A DNA stretch of 64,000 nt from an uncultured Chloroflexota bacterium (lineage in GTDB: Bacteria; Chloroflexota; Dehalococcoidia; GIF9; AB-539-J10): positions 17,335-81,334 of the forward strand of contig CAISEW010000041.1 in NCBI GenBank assembly GCA_903884455.1. Reading direction: 5' to 3'. Of this stretch, positions 27,928 through 36,755 are shown one piece after another (the first letter of the stretch is position 1; each line of letters begins with the position of its first letter). Made by a program: the position numbers and the translations under genes. Under the pieces are notes generated by a model. The model had not been told where the DNA came from. It made no database searches and saw only the letters and a program-made list of their open reading frames with translations.

Positions 27928-29454
27928 ATGACTGATTTTACCCCATCCCAACTAGCCCGCATGGACACCCAACGCCTGGCTAATTACCGTGCTAACCTGG
28001 ACTTTTACCAGGGCAATCACTGGCCCACGCAGTCACGTCACCGCCAGCTCGTCTTTAATTACGCCAAGGTCTCCATTGACAAGGTCACCAGCTTCCTTAT
28101 GCCGGGGCTGGGCTTTGCCTGCTACCCCAGCGGCGCCCCCTTGTCATTGCGAGGAGCGCAGCGACGAAGCAATCTCGAAAGTGAAGAGGCTCGGGTGAGA
28201 AAGGCCGAGCAGCTCCTTCGCCAGGTCTATGAGCAAAACAACCTCCAGCAGCTTGATTACGAGACGGAGATTGACACCGCCATCTTGGGCGACGGTTGCT
28301 ATAAGGTCATCTGGGATACTGGCGAGAAGCGAGTCCGTATCACCGCCCCTGATGTCTCAGGCATCTATGCCTGGTGGCTGGGAGACGATGCGTCACGAGT
28401 GTGGAGAGTCGCTTCACGCTACACCCTCACCCAGGACGAAATCCAGATGCTTTATGGTGATGTCATTGCGAGCACAGCGAAGCAATCTCAAGGGATTGCC
28501 ACGTCGCCCCGATTCATCGGAGCTCCTCGCAATGACACCCCTCTGTCATTGCGAGGCACGCCAGTGCCGAAGCAATCCCAAGGAAAGGACAGAGTCGTGG
28601 TAACCGAGCTCTGGACGGCTAAGGACTTTGAGCTTTACCTGGATAACGACCTTATACAGTCCAAGCCCAACCCCTACGGCTTCATCCCCTTTATTATCTT
28701 CCCCAACATCAAGCAGCCCAAGAAGTTCTGGGGAGAGTCGGACATTCCCATCCTTATGCAGCCTCAGCGGGAGCTTAATAGAGCCCTGAGCCAGTTATCC
28801 CGCATCCTGGAGCTTTCTGGCAATCCCATCGCCGTTCTCGAAAACATCGCCTCAGCCGAGGACATCAAGGTCCAGCCCGGCGCCCTGTGGACGATACCGG
28901 AGGACGCTAAGGCATATCTTCTGGACTTACTGCAAGGCGGTGGAGTCAGGCTTCATGTCGATTACATCGAGTTGCTATACCGCTCGTTGCACGACATCTC
29001 CGAGCTTCCAAAGGCCGCCTGGGGAGGCGCTGAGAGAGACCTCTCAGGCTCAGCTATGAGGATTGAGCTCGGTAGCCTTATCCAGAAGGTAGTCAGGAAA
29101 CGCACCATCAGGATGAACGTGTATCACCAGCGAAACGACATGATATTGAAGCTCGCTGAGAGATATATGGACGAGAACTTTGAGGGAGTAAACCACAGAG
29201 TAGTCTGGGGCCCTATCTTGCCACAGGATGCAGATAGGCAAGCCCAGACCGAGCAGCTTTTGGTCCAGGCGGGAGTCCACTCACGAAGAACCGCTATAGA
29301 CGAAATGGGAATCCAGGACCCCGATGAGGAGTTTAACAGGTGGCTAGAGGAGAGGGAGAAAATCCTGGAAATGAACAGGGAGTTTAGGGCAGCGTCCACT
29401 CGTGGCGGAGCGAGAGAGAGAGCGGTAGCCGCAGAGATGGAAGTGCCTGAGTAA
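27928..29454 (+). CDS. phage portal protein (SPP1 gp6-like) with in-frame repeat insertions
   Basis: LDFYQGNHW, LVFNYAK, ILGDG, NPYGFIPF, WGESD, LSGSA, VWGPILPQD; AAGGAGG RBS. Confidence 0.85.
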   Translation: MTDFTPSQLARMDTQRLANYRANLDFYQGNHWPTQSRHRQLVFNYAKVSIDKVTSFLMPGLGFACYPSGAPLSLRGAQRRSNLESEEARVRKAEQLLRQVYEQNNLQQLDYETEIDTAILGDGCYKVIWDTGEKRVRITAPDVSGIYAWWLGDDASRVWRVASRYTLTQDEIQMLYGDVIASTAKQSQGIATSPRFIGAPRNDTPLSLRGTPVPKQSQGKDRVVVTELWTAKDFELYLDNDLIQSKPNPYGFIPFIIFPNIKQPKKFWGESDIPILMQPQRELNRALSQLSRILELSGNPIAVLENIASAEDIKVQPGALWTIPEDAKAYLLDLLQGGGVRLHVDYIELLYRSLHDISELPKAAWGGAERDLSGSAMRIELGSLIQKVVRKRTIRMNVYHQRNDMILKLAERYMDENFEGVNHRVVWGPILPQDADRQAQTEQLLVQAGVHSRRTAIDEMGIQDPDEEFNRWLEEREKILEMNREFRAASTRGGARERAVAAEMEVPE

Positions 29455-29530
29455 TAACTCAACCCCTTGTCATTGCGAGCCCTGAGCTCGGCAAAGGGCG
29501 AAGCAATCTCAAGAGGAATAGGAGAAATGT

Positions 29531-30043
29531 ATGGAAAACGAAACTCAAGAAACCTTGGAAACTCAAGAACCCGGGAATACTGCCCCAGACCCTGAGGACT
29601 TATCAATCATCAAGGCCGAGCTTGAGGAGGGGAGGAAGGCGAAGGCCGAAATCGAGGCAGCGTTAGCCGACAGAGCTAAACGTATCACCGAGCTGGAGGC
29701 CTCGCTAAATGTAGTCTCTCAGGCCAGCGAGGCGGCGGCAGCCGAGCTCGCCGCAGTGAAGGGCGCTAGCTCGAAGGCCGTCTCTAAATACCTCGAGGCC
29801 GCCAGAGCTCTTAATTCCACCATCCCCAAAGACGTCATCTCTGGCCAGACTATTGAGGAGATAGACGCCTCTGTGGAGAAGGCGAAGGCCATCGCCAATG
29901 CCGTCAGGGCTAACCTCGAAGCTCAGGCCAAAGAGGCTAAGGTCCCGGCAGGAGCACCCACCAGAAGTGAGATATCCCTTGAGGGACTTTCCCCCCGGGA
30001 GAAGATCGCCGCTGGAATAATGTCATTGCGAGGAACGCAGTGA
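29531..30043 (+). CDS. putative capsid scaffolding protein
   Basis: Acidic Ala/Glu-rich coiled coil ending LSPREKIAAG; position between portal and capsid; last codons and stop come from a repeat element. Confidence 0.7.
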   Translation: MENETQETLETQEPGNTAPDPEDLSIIKAELEEGRKAKAEIEAALADRAKRITELEASLNVVSQASEAAAAELAAVKGASSKAVSKYLEAARALNSTIPKDVISGQTIEEIDASVEKAKAIANAVRANLEAQAKEAKVPAGAPTRSEISLEGLSPREKIAAGIMSLRGTQ

Positions 30044-30074
30044 CGAAGCAAACTCAAAAAGGAGGAACAAGCTA

Positions 30075-30305
30075 ATGCAAGACATCATCGAAATGGGAGT
30101 TTGGGCTATTATTGGAATAGCCATTCTCAGTGTGCTAGCCACGCTGTCCATCCACTTCCTGTCGCAGCGTTCGCAGCAGCACATGAACGAAACCTCCCAG
30201 TCTAACCTCTACAACCTACACTCGTTGGGCATCCAGGCCATTATCGGAGCTAACGAGATGAAGATTGTGGACGATAGCCTGCAAGACACCGAAAAGAAAA
30301 GCTAA
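30075..30305 (+). CDS. small single-TM protein between scaffold and capsid genes
   Basis: AAGGAGG RBS; N-terminal hydrophobic helix; flanked by duplicated AAAAAGGAGGAAC(A/T)AGCTA. Confidence 0.55.
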   Translation: MQDIIEMGVWAIIGIAILSVLATLSIHFLSQRSQQHMNETSQSNLYNLHSLGIQAIIGANEMKIVDDSLQDTEKKS

Positions 30306-30325
30306 AAAGGAGGAACTAGCTAGAC

Positions 30326-31398
30326 ATGACAATATCTTTAGCAGAAGCCAGTAAACTCTCGAGCGATATCCTGCTTAAAGGTATCATCGAGACAATAATC
30401 AAGGACAGCCCCATCTTAGAGAGGCTGCCCTTCATTCAAATCGTCGGCAATAGCCTTAAATACAACAGGGAGAAGACCTTGCCGACCGTTGGCTGGTATG
30501 CCCCGGTAACCGGTACCTGGACTCAGTCCGAGCCGGCTTTTGAGCAGTGCTCGGCCAGCCTGGGCGTCCTCGGCGGAGACGCCGACGTGGACAACTTTCT
30601 TAAGGCCACCCGGAGCAACATCCAGGACCTCGAGGCCGCCGTCATCGAGCAGAAGGCCAAGGCTCTCAGGCACGAGTTCGAGAACACCTTCCTTAACGGA
30701 GACTCGGGCGTCGACGCCAACCAGCCCGATGGCCTCTATAAGACCATGAAAGGCACCGCCTGGGCAGCCAGCACCGCCTATACATTAGGCCAATTTGTCG
30801 TGCCCACGGCCGGCCTCGAAAACGGATTCCGTTACGAGTGCACCACCGCCGGCACCTCAGGATCCTCAGCGCCTACCTGGCCCACCACGGAAGGGGCCAC
30901 GGTAGCCGACAACACCGCCGTCTGGACCTGCCGTTACGGCAGCCATCAGGGCTCAGGAGCCAACGGAGCCACCCTTTCCTTGACCAGCCTGGATAAGCTT
31001 ATTGACCTGGTCAGAGGCGGCAAGCCCGACTTACTCTTAATGAGCCGCCGGTCCCGCAGGAAGATTGTGACCCTGGCCAGAGCTGCGGGCACCAATCTAC
31101 TTATCGGAGAGGGCGCGCTCGGCCAGGTCGTTGAGTACTTTAACGGCATCCCTGTGGCCATCTCCGACTGGGTAAAGGATAACTACACCGTCGGCACGTC
31201 GTCCGACTGCTCTGCCATCTTCGCCTTCCAGATGGGTGAGGGGGGAGTCTGTGGACTTACAGCCCTGAGATGATTCAGGTTGAGCGTCTTGGCTCACTGG
31301 AGACTAAGGACGCCACCAGAACCAGGGTCAAGTGGTATGTATCACTGGCTCTCTTTTCCGTAGTGAAGGCTGCCATGCTGACGGGGGTGAGAGACTAA
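30326..31398 (+). CDS. HK97-fold major capsid protein (one apparent missing base at about 31260)
   Basis: IIETIIKDSPILERLPF, YNREKTLP, LGGDADVDNFL, FNGIPVAISDW; adding one C at CTTACAGC gives GLTSPEMIQVERLGSLETKDATRTRVKWYVSLALFSVVKAAMLTGVRD* ending at 31398. Confidence 0.85.
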
Positions 31399-31404
31399 CA
31401 GAAA

Positions 31405-31480
31405 GCGGGAGTCAGGAGAAAGCAGTAGTCAGTAGTCAGAATTCAGAATCTACTGGCTCCTGACTCCTGTCTACTGACCA
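31405..31480. repeat. heptamer-built palindromic element
   Basis: agcagtagtcagtagtcagaattcagaatctactggctcctgactcctgtctactgac. Confidence 0.7.
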
Positions 31481-31488
31481 GGTGAACT

Positions 31489-32079
31489 ATGAACCTAACC
31501 CAAATGAGAGCCAGGGTCCGACAGGACCTCCAGGATACTGATAGCCAGAACTACTGCTGGACGGACGACGAAATCGAAGCAGCTATCCAGAGAGTAGCAT
31601 TGGAGTATTCTCTCCATGCTCCCATCGAGCAGCAGACCGATATCGCCACCACCTACGGAAGCACCGAGCTCGATATATCAGGACTGCAAGGAGCCCTTAG
31701 AATCGAGTCCGTCGAGTTTCCCATCGGCAAGACCCCGAAATATATACAGAGGTTTGAGTACTGGGGCACCAGCCTGCACATGGAAGACCAGGGAAACGGC
31801 CAGAACGCCCGGGTGAGATGGCTAAAGAAGCACACGCTCACAACCGAGTCCACGACCATCCCAACCGAGCACGACGAAATCATTATCCTGGGGGCCACAG
31901 GCTACCTGGCTATGTCAGCGTCAGCCTATACAGTGGACAGAGCCACTATCGCTGGGCGTTACGGCACCACGAGCTACAAGGCCTGGGGTCAAGAACGCCT
32001 TGACCGCTACGACAAGCAGCTCAAGGCCGTTAGCCGTTCTAACCAAGTTGTTCGGAAGGAGCTCTATACAGATGATTGA
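31489..32079 (+). CDS. putative head-tail adaptor
   Basis: MNLTQMRARVRQDLQD..WTDDEIEAAI adaptor-like N-terminus; directly after capsid. Confidence 0.65.
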   Translation: MNLTQMRARVRQDLQDTDSQNYCWTDDEIEAAIQRVALEYSLHAPIEQQTDIATTYGSTELDISGLQGALRIESVEFPIGKTPKYIQRFEYWGTSLHMEDQGNGQNARVRWLKKHTLTTESTTIPTEHDEIIILGATGYLAMSASAYTVDRATIAGRYGTTSYKAWGQERLDRYDKQLKAVSRSNQVVRKELYTDD

Positions 32080-32281
32080 AAAAGGCATCCTACGAAGCTA
32101 CGACCCTATTAACCACAGAGCCAGCGTTCAGCTCATGGGCTCTTTGACCACCTATTTTGACAACGTCCGAGTTGCCAGGAATATCCCTTCCCTTGAAATG
32201 GTACTCGGCCGACACGTGTTTATAGCCATTCCCGAGAACAACCCCGGGAACGCCGCTATCATCGCCATTTTTGACCCGTAG
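32072..32281 (+). CDS. small beta-rich (OB-fold-like) putative spike/baseplate protein
   Basis: ATG at 32072 after AAGGAG; MIEKGILRSYDPINHRASVQL..VLGRHVFI pattern recalls the gp5/gpV N-terminal OB fold. Confidence 0.45.
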   Translation: MIEKGILRSYDPINHRASVQLMGSLTTYFDNVRVARNIPSLEMVLGRHVFIAIPENNPGNAAIIAIFDP

Positions 32282-32290
32282 CACCAAACT

Positions 32291-32327
32291 ACCCCTCTTA
32301 AATTAAGAGGGGATAGGGGAGTTATGA
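32291..32327. repeat. CCCCTCTTAA..TTAAGAGGGG palindromic element
   Basis: acccctcttaaattaagaggggataggggagttatga; relatives at 60265-60400. Confidence 0.65.
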
Positions 32328-32346
32328 CAGCGAAAAGGAGGGAAAC

Positions 32347-32685
32347 ATGAGTAAACTAACAGAAGCACTTACAAAGGAGAAAACCAAGGAGGGCCTCCCC
32401 AAAGAAGCCTTCGCCATCGTGGAAGACCCTGATGACCCCAGCACCTGGAAGCTTCCCCATCACACCAAAGCTATACTGAGAGCTCTTAAAGGCCGTCTCG
32501 ATATCGAAAAGACTGTGGACTGGGATAGAATGCCAGCAGCCATCGCCGCTCTCAGCAGAGGCGGATATCGGGGGGAGAGGGTCCAAGCCTCAGAGGAGGA
32601 CATCATCAAGGCCGCCCGTCACTTAGCGGCCCACTATGAAAAGGCCGACAAGTCCGTCCCCGACACCCTGGGCGCCCTCATTTGA
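32347..32685 (+). CDS. phage-type hypothetical protein
   Basis: AFAIVEDPDDPSTWKLPHH motif of the kind seen in phage head-region proteins; strong RBS. Confidence 0.55.
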   Translation: MSKLTEALTKEKTKEGLPKEAFAIVEDPDDPSTWKLPHHTKAILRALKGRLDIEKTVDWDRMPAAIAALSRGGYRGERVQASEEDIIKAARHLAAHYEKADKSVPDTLGALI

Positions 32686-32746
32686 GCAGAAGACAGTAGT
32701 CAGAATCCAGAATCTACTGTCTACTGACTCCTGACTACTGATTACT
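32686..32746. repeat. heptamer-built palindromic element
   Basis: agacagtagtcagaatccagaatctactgtctactgactcctgactactg. Confidence 0.7.
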
Positions 32747-32757
32747 ACGGAGGAACC

Positions 32758-33936
32758 ATGGCTAAATCAGGACTCAAGCATATAGACGTCGGAGCAGAGC
32801 TCACCAAAACCGAGTGGGAGAGTGAGGAGAGCCACGAGGTCGTTCACGGCACCAGCTTCTCATCCTCGCCCGTCGAACGTCAGCTCTTTTATCGGGACGA
32901 CGAGCACAAGTGGTACGTCTACAACGGCTCAACCTGGGTGTGGCTCGGTGGAGGCGGAGTAAGCACATTCCTTCAGCTTACAGACACGCCGTCCAGCTAC
33001 TCGGGCCAGGGCGGGAAAGTCGCCAAAGTAAAGTCCTCAGAGGACGGCCTCGAATTCGGCCAGGTCACTGGCATGCAGGAGCACGGCAACGAGTATCACG
33101 ACCCCGACTTCGCCGAAGTATCCCACACGCACTCCGACCTGTCCCCCGCCCACAAGGACCAAGCAACTGGCGTTCATGGAGTAGGGGGGAGCGCAGTCGA
33201 AAGTGCCTCTGGCTCTCAAGCCAAAGTCGACGCCCACAAAGACCTCCCCACCGGCGTTCACGGCGTGGGGGTGGGAACAATCGCCAAAGTGGCGGACATA
33301 GCCGTCGATAGCAACCTGTCTTCTGCGGCTCAGGACGCAATCAGTAAGAGGCATACACAGAATACCGACACCGAAATCAGGGATACCGATAACGATACCC
33401 AAGTTGACGTCGAGCAGTCTGCAGATGAAGACCAAGTCCGCATGAAGGTCGCAGGCACTGAGGCTTTTTTGCTCTATAACAATGGGGTATTAACTCTAAA
33501 CAAACAAAGTGGATTTAGAGCCTATAGGACAGCAACCCAGAGTGTAAGCCCTATGACATGGACTAAGGTTCAATACAACACCGAGGAATACGATATTCAG
33601 GGTGAATATGACCATGTAACAAATTTCAGGTTTACGGCTACAAAAGCTGGAAGATACTTAGTAACAGCTATATGTGGACTTGACAACCTATCTGATGGGA
33701 AAGCCGTAACACTCGTAGTAGTTAGGAATGGTGATACAACTACTTGGGTGGGAGCTAGGCGATTAGTCACCGCAACCACTGGTGCTGCTGGAGGCCTTTG
33801 CTTCTCTGGCTCAGGCACAATGAACTTAGCAGCTAACGACTACATTGAAATCTACATACTTCACACTGACACCGCAGCAAAAAACACCCCAGCAGAGGCA
33901 ATGTCTGTGTCGGTTGAGGTAATTAAGGTAGCCTAA
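32758..33936 (+). CDS. tail fibre-like protein with C1q/TNF-like C-terminal head
   Basis: FLQLTDTPSSYSGQ and HKD..TGVHGVG fibre repeats; C-terminal FRAY..Q....WTKVQYNTEEYD..F.F.ATKAGRYLV. Confidence 0.7.
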   Translation: MAKSGLKHIDVGAELTKTEWESEESHEVVHGTSFSSSPVERQLFYRDDEHKWYVYNGSTWVWLGGGGVSTFLQLTDTPSSYSGQGGKVAKVKSSEDGLEFGQVTGMQEHGNEYHDPDFAEVSHTHSDLSPAHKDQATGVHGVGGSAVESASGSQAKVDAHKDLPTGVHGVGVGTIAKVADIAVDSNLSSAAQDAISKRHTQNTDTEIRDTDNDTQVDVEQSADEDQVRMKVAGTEAFLLYNNGVLTLNKQSGFRAYRTATQSVSPMTWTKVQYNTEEYDIQGEYDHVTNFRFTATKAGRYLVTAICGLDNLSDGKAVTLVVVRNGDTTTWVGARRLVTATTGAAGGLCFSGSGTMNLAANDYIEIYILHTDTAAKNTPAEAMSVSVEVIKVA

Positions 33937-33943
33937 GACATCT

Positions 33944-36107
33944 ATGAAAACCTTAACCTCCACTCTGCTCGCAAGCCAGAAGAAAGCCAACCACCTCCCC
34001 TACGTCGAGGCTAAAGTCTATGACTATGAGGCGGGCATCAAGAGGCTATCCTGGACACGCATTTATGAAGGCAGCGAGCCCGACAACCATCACGGCATTG
34101 CCTTCGACGGCCAGGGCTCTATGCACCGCATCAGGAGCCAGGGCAACAATCTTTATTATCAGAAGCAGACGCTTCCTTTTGGTGTCCCGTCATCCTTCCC
34201 CCTTATCTTCCCCGTCTCCCTGGTCGACGGCCCAGCCCTTGACCAGTGGACGTTAATAGCGGAGGACTGCTACGGTCCCTGCGCTATCGCTGCCTATGGC
34301 AGCAAGGTCTATATCTTCTACAAACCCAACGAACCCAACAAACTCAACAAACTCTATAGTCATGACTACGGCCAGTCCTGGAATAATGCTCAGCTCGCAG
34401 CCTACGATGAGGTCGTTTCCCTGGCGGCGTGTTGGTGGAGGACAGGGAACAATGTCGTCTGCTTCGCTCTCAAAGGGAGCTATCCAGTCAAGATCAACGG
34501 CATAGTCTTAGACACCTCCGACCAGAGCACCAGCCAGCACGAATGGTACGACGCCACCCACCCTTTGTTGGACACCTATGGCATCGGAGCTACCTTTAAT
34601 CCTTTCTGGCCTGCTATCGAGATCATCTTCGCTGGCAGGGAGTCTGATTCCCCCTATAATCACTATGACCTTTTCCGTACCAAGTTTAGTTCATCATACA
34701 ACTTCCTGGCCCTGGAAAGCTTTCTCATGGCCCCCGATGGAGAGGGCATCACCTATGAATACCCCGACTGCCATTTACCCGCCGTAGCCTCCGGCGAAGG
34801 CGGGCCGGACTACGAGACTAACCGCATTGTCGCCGTCGAGAAGTTCATGGGGACGACCGCCTACACCCGCCCTATTACTTGCCACGTGGTAAAAGGAACA
34901 TACTGGTCCGATACCACTTTTACTGAGCCCAAGCCCCTCCCTGTCATTGCGAGCGGAGCGTGGCAATCTCCCTACGGGCTCAGAATCGCCAGCACCGCCG
35001 ATTATTGGTGGCTCTCCGAAGCCCGACGGAGTCTGGAGAGCCACCCGCCCCGCCGACTCGCCCCTCGACTTGACTGGCGATATTGTCTCCGTCACCTTAA
35101 CCCAATCACCCCAACAAACTCAAAGAACTCAAGGAACTCTCATTATCGAGCTCAACAACTCCAAGGGACAGTATGCCAACCCTGGCAGCGGAGTCCTTGC
35201 TTCTCTTCGCTTCCGCAGTGAAGTCGTCCTTAAGCTCGGCTATAAGACCTCTGTCGGGAACGAAGCTGTCGAAGTTGGGACTTACTGGATTGATTCCTGG
35301 GAGTACCAGTCCGTGTCATTGCGAGGCGAAAGCCGAAGCAATCTCAGCACTTTCACCCTCACCTGCCTGGACGGCTGGGGGCTCATGAACCGCTGGTCAG
35401 CTCGCTACCAGATGCGCTGGAACAAGGACGCCGTCAACCCCAAGTCCGTCTGGCAAATCCTCTATCAACTCTTAGCCAGGGTCGGCATCAAGCTCACCAA
35501 CACCCCACCCAAACCCCAGTCCTCCGCCATCAACAACTTCTATCCCGACTTCACCATTAACCCTGGCACCAAGGGGGATGCTGCTATCAGGAGGCTGCTT
35601 TCCTTCGTCCCCGACCAGCTCGTCTTCAGAGGCCAGGAAGCCTTCACCAAGAACCCTTTACCCGCCGAAGCCCCCTCTTACTCCTACGGCGTAGGCGCGG
35701 CCGCCCACCCCATCATCTCCGGCCGATACCAGGACGCCGTCACCGCTTCCCGGGCCCGTGCCATCGGCCAGGACGAAGATGCCAACCGCATCGTTAGAGA
35801 CGCCTTTGATTGGGATTTACTGAAGCTTGACATTGATATATTAGAACAAGACTATGACCCTAACCTTAGCGAGGAGGCCAGGGCCCAGGAGAGAGCCGAT
35901 GCCCTCCTAAGGGAGGCGTCATTGCGAGCGGAGCGTGGCAATCTCGTAGTCCCCACCAACGTCGGCCAAGAGCTCTTAGATGTCGTGGGGTTCACCGACG
36001 CCCGCTGCGGCGTCGACCAGGAGAACTACCGGGTCCAGGGGATTCGAACCCTCTACGACCGCCGTCAGGGACGATACGAGCAGGCTCTAACCTTGGGAGC
36101 ACCGTGA
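33944..36107 (+). CDS. large tail/baseplate-hub-like protein (one apparent extra base at about 35016)
   Basis: N-terminal propeller with Asp-box YSHDYGQSW; C-terminal hub-like region (LKLGY, ELLDVV..YRVQGI..Y..TLGAP); removing one C gives WWLSKPDGVWRA; three in-frame repeat inserts. Confidence 0.6.
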
Positions 36108-36118
36108 TTTGTTTCCCG

Positions 36119-36673
36119 TTAGCTAATTAATGCTTGCTTCAAATCATTGAGCCTTGGGGTAAAAGCTTCAACGAGCTCCTGCCGGGCTAGTTGCCATTGG
36201 TTGTTAGTTTCGATATTGATAGCATCCACTGCTGTTCCTGAGATTCTCAATTGGTGCAGGGTTTCCCTGTAGTTGCTTTCTAGGTCCTGTCTTATCTTCT
36301 GTTCTGCCTCTTCATATTCTTGAACAAGCTGGCCTATTTCTTCTGCCTTTGGCTGCAATTCAGGCCTTAAGCTGCTTATCGCCTCGACTACCCTTTTCAC
36401 GCTATTTATACCCTGGGTAGTTGTAAACCCGATAGCCTCTACGAGGTGCTCGATTACGGCCTGCTTTATGATGTCTCTCCCCTTCTCTTCATGCTTGTTT
36501 AGCTCCGCAGTCATATCCAGTTGTCGGGAACTGTCTAGCCATTTTTGTGCCAGCACCTGACCGATTTGACGATACCCTTGTCTTTCTTGCTGTTCCTTTT
36601 CCTCGGTTGACAGCTTGCCCAATCTATTTGCTCTCTCTTGAGCAATTTCCCAGGAACTCTTTAACTCACCCAT
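36119..36673 (-). CDS. hypothetical helical protein
   Basis: 184-aa ORF (MGELKSSWEIAQER); convergent with the virion operon and marks its end. Confidence 0.7.
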   Translation of the reverse strand: MGELKSSWEIAQERANRLGKLSTEEKEQQERQGYRQIGQVLAQKWLDSSRQLDMTAELNKHEEKGRDIIKQAVIEHLVEAIGFTTTQGINSVKRVVEAISSLRPELQPKAEEIGQLVQEYEEAEQKIRQDLESNYRETLHQLRISGTAVDAINIETNNQWQLARQELVEAFTPRLNDLKQALIS

Positions 36674-36755
36674 ACAGGCCTTCAGTTTATTAGCACTAGC
36701 AGTGCATTTTAGCCTATAATATTGAGGGGTTCAACAAAGCGAGTTTGAGGTTATA

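Noticed and set aside
19408-30050. CRISPR array interpretation of the clustered palindromic repeats
   Set aside because: Copies vary internally, alternate in orientation, have irregular spacing, and no cas genes are present
31271-31273. Selenocysteine or readthrough at the capsid or terL TGA codons
   Set aside because: The conserved protein continues in a different frame, so these are indels rather than in-frame recoding
30326-31398. Encapsulin nanocompartment
   Set aside because: Accompanied by portal, terminase, scaffold and adaptor, which indicates a DNA-packaging capsid
16223-36107. Intact inducible prophage
   Set aside because: No integrase, att pair, replication, lysis or tail tube genes seen; the cluster is interrupted by host envelope genes
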